Sequence record: OR234014.1
Length of the DNA: 64,000 nucleotides
Strand: one strand, 5' to 3'
Source of the DNA: Staphylococcus phage SAC
Position numbers and translations under genes: made by a program
Shown: positions 26,554 through 35,479 of the stretch, one piece after another
Layout of the letters: every line of letters starts with the position of its first letter
Position numbering within the stretch: the first letter of the stretch is position 1
The notes under the pieces: model-generated
The model's database searches: none
The model's input: only the letters and a program-made list of their open reading frames with translations
What the model was told of the DNA's origin: nothing

Positions 26554-27408
26554 CTATAAGAGAATTGTTAGCTCATCATTACTAACAAGATTAACAACCA
26601 TCTTATAGTTATTATCACTAACTTTCTCTACCTTACTACTAACAATATCTTTATATCTAACTTTTACATAGGATTGACCACAAGCAATAATTAAGTCTTT
26701 ATCATCATCTAAAAAGAAAATACCGGTCTCATATGTATTATATAAACTATAATGATATTTATTCGTATCTAACTTAACAGAAAACACACTTCTATTTATT
26801 AAATTATTACCCTTAAAGAATGTAAGAACTTTTATGGTATCTAACTTATTCAGTATACCCTGATTACACAATGTCCCTATAAAAGATTGACCATCATATT
26901 GCTTATCAGTTACTAGTAAGTATACAACATGTGTGTAATCATTTAAAGGAGATACATCTTCGATAGTGTATAATCTAAGTTTTAATTCTTTATTAATAGT
27001 AGTATCTTGGTACATAATAGTAGGTTCAATAAAAGTTGATACAATGTCTACTTTCTTTGTTGAAGTTAATTCTGTTCCTTTAGATAATAAATCTGTCATT
27101 AATCCAGTATTTTCTAATCTTTTATTTAACTGCTCTGTTTTAACATAACCTAGTCCTGAATCACTTATCATATTATTCATACCTACAATAGCAGGTTTTA
27201 AGTTCTCAGTAACTATTACTTTATTCGTAAATTCTATACCATCTTCTACTTGTGATATATCCTCTAAATAAGGTATTATTGTTACACCGCTAGGGAAATA
27301 ATCACTATCATAGGATACTCCTAACAGTGTAATATCTTTACTTTGTAGTTTCTTAAATAAAGTACTTACATTTGTTTTTTTAGCTTTTGTTCTTAAGTAT
27401 TTAACCAT
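26554..27408 (-). CDS. hypothetical protein
   Basis: 284-aa ORF. Confidence 0.5.
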   Translation of the reverse strand: MVKYLRTKAKKTNVSTLFKKLQSKDITLLGVSYDSDYFPSGVTIIPYLEDISQVEDGIEFTNKVIVTENLKPAIVGMNNMISDSGLGYVKTEQLNKRLENTGLMTDLLSKGTELTSTKKVDIVSTFIEPTIMYQDTTINKELKLRLYTIEDVSPLNDYTHVVYLLVTDKQYDGQSFIGTLCNQGILNKLDTIKVLTFFKGNNLINRSVFSVKLDTNKYHYSLYNTYETGIFFLDDDKDLIIACGQSYVKVRYKDIVSSKVEKVSDNNYKMVVNLVSNDELTILL

Positions 27409-27914
27409 TATTTACCACCTTTATATATCATTTTCTTTGGTGTTCTTTTCTTATCTAATCTACTATTTTTGCGTACAGATATTCTATGTCTAGTACTAAA
27501 AATGTAGATTAAATGTGTACCTCTAAATGTACGTTGTTCACGAATGCTACATTTACCTATTAATTTCTTACCTCTATAAACATAATAAACTCTATCCGTA
27601 TGTAGAATAGTTTGTGTTAATTTACCTTTTTGCTTCATTACAAGATATTTCTTCTTTATATTCACAGCTTCACTAATTAAGTCTAACGCATACTTCTTTT
27701 GTATTTTAATGTCTGTAGCAGTAACATTATCAAACCTTTTAACAAACAAAGGTTTGTATTTAACAACAATACTTTCATCTGGTATATCTTTTCTTTTTTT
27801 ATTAAAAAAAGAAGTACTTCTACCTGATAAGTTACCTGTAGGAGCAAAGTTAACAGGTTGATGTTTATATCCGTTAGATTTAGGTTTAAATGTATCAGGT
27901 TTCCTCTTTGCCAT
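27408..27914 (-). CDS. hypothetical highly basic protein
   Basis: 168 aa, K/R-rich. ATGA-coupled. Confidence 0.5.
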   Translation of the reverse strand: MAKRKPDTFKPKSNGYKHQPVNFAPTGNLSGRSTSFFNKKRKDIPDESIVVKYKPLFVKRFDNVTATDIKIQKKYALDLISEAVNIKKKYLVMKQKGKLTQTILHTDRVYYVYRGKKLIGKCSIREQRTFRGTHLIYIFSTRHRISVRKNSRLDKKRTPKKMIYKGGK

Positions 27915-28656
27915 ATAATACCCTCACTCCGTTCTGTATAACTTTAAAGAAATCATCTTCTAATATCTGCCATCTATTACTATAACCATAGATAACACCT
28001 CTAGTAAATATCTTATAAGAGTTCTCTACACCTAAATAATGAATAACTTGGTTAATAATAGCTGACTTTTTCATTCTCATACGTTGTGTTCCTTCTATAT
28101 AACTGCCTTCATTGTTAGTATTTTTACCGTGCTCCCTATAGTTATATCCAGTTAGGTATGTATTATAATCTCTTAACTGTTTAAGTATAGTCATTAAATG
28201 TTGCTTCCATAAAATATTTAATGTATGATAAGGACTTCTTAGTGGTGATGGTGTAGCTTCTTTATACTTACCTACTACAGGACTACCCTTGAAGTTAATA
28301 TAGCTCATAATACCTACATGATGGTGTTTATACCTTTTTAGTATTTGCTCTACTTTAGGTACATGCTTATCATGACACATCACATAAACATACTTACATA
28401 CTAGACTATAATAGTATAACTGTTTATTAAGTCTTTGTGTAGAGTCTCGTTCTGTTTTTATCTCTATACCCATAACAGTACCATTTCTATCAAGAATTAA
28501 ACAGTCAGTTCTACATTTACCTTGACAAATAGCTTTTTCATTAAATATTCTAATATCTTGTATATTACTTGTTATCTCATCATCTTTAAACATATGTCTC
28601 TTAGTTCTAATTAAATCTTTAATGTCCTGCTCATAGAATTTAGTTATCTCAGACAT
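27895..28656 (-). CDS. hypothetical protein, possible PD-(D/E)xK nuclease fold
   Basis: 253 aa. 'DCLILDRNGTVMGIEIKTERDS' resembles a D...(E/D)xK motif. Weak. Confidence 0.35.
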   Translation of the reverse strand: MSEITKFYEQDIKDLIRTKRHMFKDDEITSNIQDIRIFNEKAICQGKCRTDCLILDRNGTVMGIEIKTERDSTQRLNKQLYYYSLVCKYVYVMCHDKHVPKVEQILKRYKHHHVGIMSYINFKGSPVVGKYKEATPSPLRSPYHTLNILWKQHLMTILKQLRDYNTYLTGYNYREHGKNTNNEGSYIEGTQRMRMKKSAIINQVIHYLGVENSYKIFTRGVIYGYSNRWQILEDDFFKVIQNGVRVLYGKEET

Positions 28657-29185
28657 TTATTCTATCCCCTTTAATACGTTGATAATATTGTAATATACTG
28701 TCTAAAGGAGTATAGGACTTAATCCATTTAATATTAGATAAACATATAAATACTCCTGTATATTCACCATGTATAACTTTAGTGCCTTCTTTTTGTGTAA
28801 TAGTTACTCTATCTTTTTCTCTTTCGAAAAACCCTTTACCTACAGCACCTGTAGTTGTATCTGTACCTAAAGGTATAATATTAGCTAAAAAGATAGGAGG
28901 TTCATATACCTTTTTATACTTCTTATTATTAGGTAGCATTGACTTAATTGTATTACTTAATATCGTACCACCTCTAATAGTTTTACTTACTGTTTCTATT
29001 TTATATTTCTTTTGTGGTACTTCATCATCAACACTATGTATGTTATATACTAATACATACTCAGAAGTTTCATCTTGGACATGTTCTATATAGTAATAAG
29101 GAACACCTCTAAAAGAGTAAACACCTTCACTTACTTTTGTCTTAATAATTTCATTATCAAATTTACCAAAATTTAATTGCAACAA
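28649..29185 (-). CDS. hypothetical protein
   Basis: 178-aa ORF. Confidence 0.5.
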   Translation of the reverse strand: MLQLNFGKFDNEIIKTKVSEGVYSFRGVPYYYIEHVQDETSEYVLVYNIHSVDDEVPQKKYKIETVSKTIRGGTILSNTIKSMLPNNKKYKKVYEPPIFLANIIPLGTDTTTGAVGKGFFEREKDRVTITQKEGTKVIHGEYTGVFICLSNIKWIKSYTPLDSILQYYQRIKGDRINV

Positions 29186-29211
29186 AAATCACCTCATATC
29201 TAATATACCAC

Positions 29212-29246
29212 AAATAATAAAAGGAGTCAAGTATAAACTGGACTCC
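29212..29246 (-). terminator. rho-independent terminator
   Basis: Stem ggagtc / gactcc with flanking pairs. A-run on plus strand, so T-run on minus strand. Confidence 0.5.
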
Positions 29247-29254
29247 CTTCTTTA

Positions 29255-29584
29255 CTATTCTTTATTTTTTGTTACGAAACTCAATACTAATAATACTAAC
29301 GCTGTTAACAATACATCTATTACAATAAGCGCAATAATAGCAAAAAGAACTTCTATCCTTGTTGTAATTTTATAAATCGAATCCCCAAAATAAACAACAA
29401 TACCTAAGAGGATAATACCACATAAATTAGGTAATAGCACATTATAGTACTGCCAATTGGGTAGAGGGTTACCTCCTTTTTTTACTAAATCACGCTCACC
29501 ACGTAACATACCTACAAAGTTCATTGTGGTATTAACAATAATAATGATAAGCAATGTTAAAGCTATAATTGATAGAGTGTCCAT
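29255..29584 (-). CDS. membrane protein (3 TM)
   Basis: 109 aa, hydrophobic. Confidence 0.5.
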   Translation of the reverse strand: MDTLSIIALTLLIIIIVNTTMNFVGMLRGERDLVKKGGNPLPNWQYYNVLLPNLCGIILLGIVVYFGDSIYKITTRIEVLFAIIALIVIDVLLTALVLLVLSFVTKNKE

Positions 29585-29595
29585 ATTATCTCTCC

Positions 29596-30849
29596 CTAAT
29601 CTAAGAATACAGTTTTAATGTCAATGTCTTTATTTTTTTTATTTAAAAATAGTAGTTGTTGTGATGGTTTTGTTCTAGATAAATGTAGTTCTTTAGCATA
29701 ATTATTATATCCCATAGGACTACTTGCTACAATATGCATTCTATTGTAATCTTCTTGTGTTACTGAGAAGTGGTGTACATGACCTGTAATTAACAAATCA
29801 ATGTGAGTGTTCTCAATAAATTTAGGAATATGCTTACCTTTACCTTTAAGTCCATCTCCATGGTTTATAATAATATTTAAGTTACATACTGTGTCTTTAA
29901 TAGTATATACATCTTTTCTATTGTCGATAATCTCAATACCTTCTAATACACCGTTTTCTTTTAACAGCAGTAAAGAATCCAATACAATATAAGCTACACT
30001 ATCATTGTATACTTTTTGGTTCTTATTACCCTGTACACGGTCGTGGTTACCTGCTATCATGCCGAAACGTAAATTACCCCATACATATGGAGATAATTCT
30101 GTTAAGAAGTCAATTAATAGTCTAGTTCCTTTTGCTACCTGCTCTGCCATAGTGAACTCAGTATCAAAAGCTTGGTTAACATCTCTCATATTAATATGCT
30201 CTATTAAATCACCTACAAAGTATACTGTAACATTACTAATACCACGTTTACTAATATCCTTAATAGTTTCCTGTAGTAGCTGATTTAATCTTCTTTTTAG
30301 TACCTCAAAGTTATACTCATTAGTTAAATCTTGAAAAGAACAACCTACATGGAAGTCCGACAGTAAGATAACCAGCTCTTCTTCTTCCTCAGTAGAAGCA
30401 TACTTACTTACTTTATGGTCTAGTAACTTATTCCCTTTGAGCTCATTAACCATAGTACGCTTTAATTCATCAAACAAAATAGTAGGGTATGCATTTTGTC
30501 TATTAATCTTTCGTAATTCCCTTAGTCTAGATAGTTCTTTTTCATGGGCTACTACATAAGATGATACTTCTTCATGATAATCATTACCCTCAAATACTTG
30601 TTTATCTTCTACATCTCTTAAGTCCTCTAATAACACTTCACCTTTAACTGCTTTATTTTTCAAGTCATTTAAGTATGTGTCTTTCCTAATATTATCTACA
30701 ATATCTTTTAATTCATTGCGATTTACTCTATCAATACCAAAACTTGCTAATACTTTATTAAATTTAGAGGTAACTACTTTACCTTCATCTTTAAGAAACA
30801 CACCTACAATAACTGCTTGTAACTCTTCTACTGTTTTATAATTACTCAT
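29596..30849 (-). CDS. calcineurin-like metallophosphoesterase
   Basis: Motifs LSDFHVG (DxH), GDLIEH (GDxx), GNHD and GHVHH. Confidence 0.75.
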   Translation of the reverse strand: MSNYKTVEELQAVIVGVFLKDEGKVVTSKFNKVLASFGIDRVNRNELKDIVDNIRKDTYLNDLKNKAVKGEVLLEDLRDVEDKQVFEGNDYHEEVSSYVVAHEKELSRLRELRKINRQNAYPTILFDELKRTMVNELKGNKLLDHKVSKYASTEEEEELVILLSDFHVGCSFQDLTNEYNFEVLKRRLNQLLQETIKDISKRGISNVTVYFVGDLIEHINMRDVNQAFDTEFTMAEQVAKGTRLLIDFLTELSPYVWGNLRFGMIAGNHDRVQGNKNQKVYNDSVAYIVLDSLLLLKENGVLEGIEIIDNRKDVYTIKDTVCNLNIIINHGDGLKGKGKHIPKFIENTHIDLLITGHVHHFSVTQEDYNRMHIVASSPMGYNNYAKELHLSRTKPSQQLLFLNKKNKDIDIKTVFLD

Positions 30850-31615
30850 AAATACTTCCTTCCGTTATTAAATACTTATTCATATTCTCACCTAACACAT
30901 GAATATGGCTATCAATAAATATACTAAATATGTTAGAATTTTCATTATAAGATGCTCCGAATGTTTTAGCAACACTATTAACATCATAACCTTTTACATA
31001 GAAAGTAAGGATATCACTAGTACCTCTTGTTTGTGAACCTATAACAACAATACCTTTTTCTTTATCCTTAAGACATTCATATGCTAAAGGTAATTTATAC
31101 TCAGGTGCTACTTCATATAGTACATACAAATCATTTACGTTGTAAAACTTGTCAACCATAATAGGTAATACTATATCTGCAGGGTAACCTACTAGACCCC
31201 TTTCTTTTGCTTCCTCATAAGTAGATTTAAAGCTAAACAACTCAGTATACTTATGAGCAATGTCTTTTGGATAACTACTGAAATTAATATTTAAACCTCT
31301 ATCATCTAGAACCACAAGTTGCTCTAATAAGGACAGGTACTTTAAATCATCACCTACTGTAATAAAATCTTTGTTATCAGGTAAGTTTATATTAGAAACA
31401 AAGTATAATTTTGTACCTTTTAATAATTCTTTATATTTTAAGTAATCCTCATTATTGTATATAAAACCTAAAAAAATAACAGAATCATACGTATTATCAC
31501 TAGCTAAATGTAATGCCGAGTCAAAAGATATCACACTTTCAACGTCGAACATATCTATACCTTCGGATAAATGTTCTGTATGTGAAGCTACTTCATTTAA
31601 AATAAATAACATCAA
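30842..31615 (-). CDS. hypothetical protein
   Basis: 257-aa ORF. Confidence 0.5.
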   Translation of the reverse strand: MMLFILNEVASHTEHLSEGIDMFDVESVISFDSALHLASDNTYDSVIFLGFIYNNEDYLKYKELLKGTKLYFVSNINLPDNKDFITVGDDLKYLSLLEQLVVLDDRGLNINFSSYPKDIAHKYTELFSFKSTYEEAKERGLVGYPADIVLPIMVDKFYNVNDLYVLYEVAPEYKLPLAYECLKDKEKGIVVIGSQTRGTSDILTFYVKGYDVNSVAKTFGASYNENSNIFSIFIDSHIHVLGENMNKYLITEGSIYE

Positions 31616-31866
31616 TCCTCAATCCTTTCTATTAAATACCCTACCTTTTCATTTTCCTTATCATTATTAGATAATCCATACTCAACAATTTTATACCTAT
31701 ACATATGCACTAGGTCTTTAATAACATTAATAACCATAATGATATTGACCTTACTTACTGATTTATTATCATACGCAACTGCAATATACTTTTCCTTATT
31801 TTCCATTAATTTTTTAACTTTCAAATGGTCGTTATCTGAAGTTAAGTGTACTGTTTTAATATCCAT
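31612..31866 (-). CDS. hypothetical protein
   Basis: 84-aa ORF. Confidence 0.45.
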   Translation of the reverse strand: MDIKTVHLTSDNDHLKVKKLMENKEKYIAVAYDNKSVSKVNIIMVINVIKDLVHMYRYKIVEYGLSNNDKENEKVGYLIERIED

Positions 31867-31925
31867 ATAGTACCTCCTTTATTAATTCTTGTTTAACTAT
31901 AGCATATAAATAAATATAAGTCAAT

Positions 31926-31955
31926 AAAAAAAAGCCCAACAATTAAGTTGGACTT
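31926..31955 (-). terminator. rho-independent terminator
   Basis: Minus-strand aagtccaac / gttgggctt (one G-U pair) followed by T9. Confidence 0.65.
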
Positions 31956-31962
31956 TAATTTA

Positions 31963-32175
31963 TTATAGCTCACTATGTGGTGCTGTCTTAAATTCAGGTA
32001 CATCTACCTTTTCTGATTCACCAGACTCATTAGAGTATGCTACTTTATAAGTTCCTTTAGGATACGTAGTATCTGCTGTTAAACCACTAATAGAAATAGT
32101 TGTTTTACCTGTTTGTTCAGCAGTCTTAGTACCTACTACTTCACCATCTTTATATACTTTTAGTGTTTTTTCCAT
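31963..32175 (-). CDS. Fn3-like single-domain protein (module 3)
   Basis: 'KVYKDGEVVGTKTAEQTGKTTISISGLTADTTYPKGTYKVAYSNESGESEKVDVPEFKT' parallels the N-terminus of 32192..32704. Strong RBS GGAGGT. Confidence 0.65.
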   Translation of the reverse strand: MEKTLKVYKDGEVVGTKTAEQTGKTTISISGLTADTTYPKGTYKVAYSNESGESEKVDVPEFKTAPHSEL

Positions 32176-32191
32176 TGATTTTTACCTCCGA

Positions 32192-32704
32192 TTATGCTGT
32201 AATATCAGCTGTTGTTTCTTTAGGGTCTACAGTTACATCTGTAGGAGCTTCAGGTACTTTATCTTTAACAACTACAGTTACAGTATCTGTATGATTACCA
32301 TCATCAGTTGTAACAGTGATTGTAGTCTGACCTTTTGCTTTAGCTTCTACTAAACCTTTACTTGATACACTAGCAACATCATCATGTTCTGAAGTAAATG
32401 TATAAGTAGCTTTTGTTGCGTTACTAGGTTCAATCGTAGCTACTAAATTATGTGTTTCTCCTACTTTTAAATCTAGTGTTTCTACATCTAAAGTAACGGA
32501 TGCTACTTTAATGTCCTTAGTCTTAAACGCAGGAACATCTACTTTTTCTGATTCTCCTGATTCATTAGAGAAAGATACTTTATATGTACCTTGTGGGTAG
32601 TCTGTGTTAGCAGTTAAGTTATCAATTGTAATTGATGTTTTACCTGCTTGTTTCTCTTCACTTTTTAATAGCTGGTCACCTTTATATAAATTTAATTTAT
32701 CCAA
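32192..32704 (-). CDS. Fn3-like plus Big_2 (bacterial Ig-like) domain protein (module 2)
   Basis: Big_2-like 'VASVTLDVETLDLKVGETHNLVATIEPSNATKATYTFTSEHDDVASVSSKGLVEAKAKGQTTITVTT'. TTG start with RBS AAAGGA. Ends '...KETTADITA'. Confidence 0.6.
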   Translation of the reverse strand: MDKLNLYKGDQLLKSEEKQAGKTSITIDNLTANTDYPQGTYKVSFSNESGESEKVDVPAFKTKDIKVASVTLDVETLDLKVGETHNLVATIEPSNATKATYTFTSEHDDVASVSSKGLVEAKAKGQTTITVTTDDGNHTDTVTVVVKDKVPEAPTDVTVDPKETTADITA

Positions 32705-32725
32705 ACTAAGTCATCCTTTATATAA

Positions 32726-33358
32726 TTATTCAGCTGTAATATCAGCTGTTGTTTCTTTAGCTGTTACTGTTACATTTTTAGGTACTGAAGGTTCTGAAGT
32801 ATCTCCTTGACCTTCTCCTGAGTCTACTCCTTTAACGTCTTTACGTAGTGGACTAGCAGGAAACTCAGCGCTCACGTCTTCATGAGGTTTCTCATTACTA
32901 TCTACTACTTTTTTAGCATCTTTACTTTCAGCATCAACTAAAGCAAAAACATCCTTCTTGTTATTAGCAAGGAATACATTGTATACTCCAAAGCTGAAAC
33001 GGTCTTCAACGAATGCTAAAAACGCTTGAATTAATTGTTTACCTTTATCTTTACCTTTAATATTTTCAGTTCTAATAAAAGCATGGTTGTAAGGGTCTTT
33101 AACAGTATTAACTACAAAATGAATTTGGTCTCCATCTGTATAAGCAACAGGAGCCTTTTTCATAATTTTAATATTTCCTCTACCATCTGTTTCAATCGGG
33201 TATAAGAATAATTCTCCCTTATTATCTACTACTTTGTAGTTATACTGACCACGGTGTGTACGTGTATAACCATCTTGCTCTACTTGAACTTGTAAATACT
33301 TATCTGCTACAGTAGTGGTATCTTGTTTTAATACTTCATTAATATTTTTCTTAGCCAT
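32726..33358 (-). CDS. protein with unknown N-terminal domain and C-terminal Fn3-start segment (module 1)
   Basis: 210 aa ending '...VTVTAKETTADITAE', the same tail as module 2. RBS GGAG. Confidence 0.6.
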   Translation of the reverse strand: MAKKNINEVLKQDTTTVADKYLQVQVEQDGYTRTHRGQYNYKVVDNKGELFLYPIETDGRGNIKIMKKAPVAYTDGDQIHFVVNTVKDPYNHAFIRTENIKGKDKGKQLIQAFLAFVEDRFSFGVYNVFLANNKKDVFALVDAESKDAKKVVDSNEKPHEDVSAEFPASPLRKDVKGVDSGEGQGDTSEPSVPKNVTVTAKETTADITAE

Positions 33359-33464
33359 AATAATTAAGCTCCAATCATTATTTTTTACATTATAACATAG
33401 AAAAAACCTCCCTATGTTATTATTTTTTTCACTAATAATATAACAAAAGGGAGGCTTATTCAGG

Positions 33465-34124
33465 TTATTCCCACATATGATTTTGCTTATCTACTTTATT
33501 ATCTTTGATATACCTTTTGGCATTTTGTTCATGATAAGCATTAATTTTAAATTTAACATAATCTTTAAGTTCTGTAAGCTCTCTAGCTACTTCTGAACGT
33601 TCTACCTCTAACCTATTAGCTACAGTAGACACAATAAATGCGTTGTCTTCTTTATCCGTATTAATAAGGAGCTCTTTTAGCAGTTCACTTTGTACTTCAG
33701 TAAATTGTGTATCATCAAAGACATAATTAAGTAATTCATTTTCTTCTAATCCCACATTTAACTCCTGTGTTAAGGACTCTACTGTATAATCTGTTTTACC
33801 TACAAGTTCAGTACGTTTATATTTATTGTTCTTCTTAACATAACTGTTCTGTACTCGTAGTGTTAGTTTAGTTTTAATATACCCTGGAAAATCTACTTTA
33901 CTTTGTATATCATACTCCTTAACTAACTTAATAAACTGCTCATCTATGTATTCCCGTAGCTCTTGTTTCTCAAAGTCATGACTCATACCTCTAGAGTACC
34001 TATGAAATAATGACCATCTAAGGTTCTTATACCTTTTTAAAAGCATATCTAAGTCTCTACCAAAGTCAGTAGGAATACCATCTAAGTCTATAATATATCT
34101 ATTCCCATTATTAACTTTCTTCAT
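33465..34124 (-). CDS. RNA polymerase sigma factor (sigma-70 family, phage-encoded)
   Basis: Region 2-like 'FPGYIKTKLTLRVQNSYV' and region 4 HTH 'STVANRLEVERSEVARELTEL'. Start placed at the Met with RBS GAGGGAG (the track ORF starts at 34226 with no RBS). Confidence 0.65.
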   Translation of the reverse strand: MKKVNNGNRYIIDLDGIPTDFGRDLDMLLKRYKNLRWSLFHRYSRGMSHDFEKQELREYIDEQFIKLVKEYDIQSKVDFPGYIKTKLTLRVQNSYVKKNNKYKRTELVGKTDYTVESLTQELNVGLEENELLNYVFDDTQFTEVQSELLKELLINTDKEDNAFIVSTVANRLEVERSEVARELTELKDYVKFKINAYHEQNAKRYIKDNKVDKQNHMWE

Positions 34125-34464
34125 AAGGATGTGCTCCCTCAAATACAATCTTAATCCTGTGTACATCATTTGATACATAGATATCTGAGTAATGTATTGT
34201 TTTAGGTACTTTGACTTCAGAACCATTATAACGTACTAAAGAGTAACCTCCTGCCCATCTTGACTCTACATGCTCAATATACATAACTGTAGAATCAGTG
34301 TAAGGAAATCCCGACTCTTCTACAATGATAGGCTCCTTATTATCTCTAGCTTTTTTAAAACGTTCTGCTATTTCAATATAAGGTAAGGGCAATACATCAT
34401 TTGTATTAGCCCTACCTAATGCTTCTTTAACACTATTAATATTTCTATCTATTAGATTATTCAT
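34111..34464 (-). CDS. hypothetical protein
   Basis: 117-aa ORF. Confidence 0.5.
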   Translation of the reverse strand: MNNLIDRNINSVKEALGRANTNDVLPLPYIEIAERFKKARDNKEPIIVEESGFPYTDSTVMYIEHVESRWAGGYSLVRYNGSEVKVPKTIHYSDIYVSNDVHRIKIVFEGAHPYEES

Positions 34465-35479
34465 TTACATCTTCCTTAGTCTCTTTATTAGTAGAGCTAA
34501 GCTCTTCGTAGTAATCTTGTAATGCTTTAAACTCTTCTAATTGAGTAGTGTCTACTTTTGTATTGTTTAAAGGTGCATACTTATGAGGGAAATTCTCGTG
34601 GTAAACTCTACTAAATAATTCTAAGTATAATTCATGGTTGTCCATTAATGTCGGTACCCAATCTTTATCATATTTTTTAATTTCTTCACCATTTAACGTA
34701 ACATAATTACGCCATGTTCCTTTAGTAATTAAACCACGCTCAACGGCTTCTTTATAGATAGTATGATAAGGGTCAACACCGTTTAATTGAATAGTATCTT
34801 CATCAGAACCTACTTCATAACCTGATAATAAATCAACTTCCGCTTTTTGACCAGGTCTAGATAGCTTAGACTTCTTAGTCTCAATACGCATAACATGACC
34901 TTTATACGTAGGTTTACCTGTCATAGCATCATTCTGTTTTAATTCTGATTCTTTACCTTTAGATACTTTAATACGTAAACTAGCACCATGTTCAAAAGCT
35001 CTTCCTCCTGTAGACTTAATAGGGTCATCATAAGGATTACTCATATTTAAATTATCACGTGCTTGGTTAATAACAATTAATCCTGTATTTGTATCATTAA
35101 GCTTAGGTGAAATAGCATTTACTACTTTTTGTGTACTTGTCGCTTTCGTTCCAAGTTTTTTATGGTCTACTCCTGCATCAATTTCATCTTGTGTACGTGT
35201 AGCTCCTAGGGAATCCCAAATGAACAAAATAGGTACGCCTGGTGCTTTCTCATTAAATGTATCAATCCAGTATTCTAACTCTTTACCTACGGTTTCTACT
35301 GATAGTTCAGTAACATTTTTAAGTCTACCTTCACCTGACTGTATTGAGAACAATTTAGATACGTCTACACCTAACTGTTCCATACGTTGGTTATCCGCTG
35401 TTCCTTCAATGTCAATCCAAACTGTAATAACTCCTAATTGTGTTGCTACTCTAGATAAGTGTACTGCAAAAGTCGATTT
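34457..35479 (-). CDS. RecA/UvsX-like recombinase, exon 2
   Basis: Frame opens at 35479 with 'KSTFAVHLSRVATQLGVITVWIDIEGTADNQRMEQLGVDV...', which matches RecA '[31 protein letters not shown]'. Confidence 0.8.
   Translation of the reverse strand, partial: KSTFAVHLSRVATQLGVITVWIDIEGTADNQRMEQLGVDVSKLFSIQSGEGRLKNVTELSVETVGKELEYWIDTFNEKAPGVPILFIWDSLGATRTQDEIDAGVDHKKLGTKATSTQKVVNAISPKLNDTNTGLIVINQARDNLNMSNPYDDPIKSTGGRAFEHGASLRIKVSKGKESELKQNDAMTGKPTYKGHVMRIETKKSKLSRPGQKAEVDLLSGYEVGSDEDTIQLNGVDPYHTIYKEAVERGLITKGTWRNYVTLNGEEIKKYDKDWVPTLMDNHELYLELFSRVYHENFPHKYAPLNNTKVDTTQLEEFKALQDYYEELSSTNKETKEDVNE

Noticed and set aside
31963-33358. The three Fn3/Ig-like ORFs considered as one gene joined by programmed frameshift or readthrough.
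   Set aside because: ORF 1 and ORF 2 are separated by two in-frame stops. ORF 3 has an independent strong RBS (GGAGGT) and ATG. Separate genes is more parsimonious, but the split-domain oddity is reported as a finding.
34125-34226. The track's 5' extension of the sigma-factor ORF (start 34226).
   Set aside because: No RBS precedes 34226 and it overlaps the upstream gene by 116 nt. The internal Met at 34124 has a GAGGGAG RBS 9 nt upstream.
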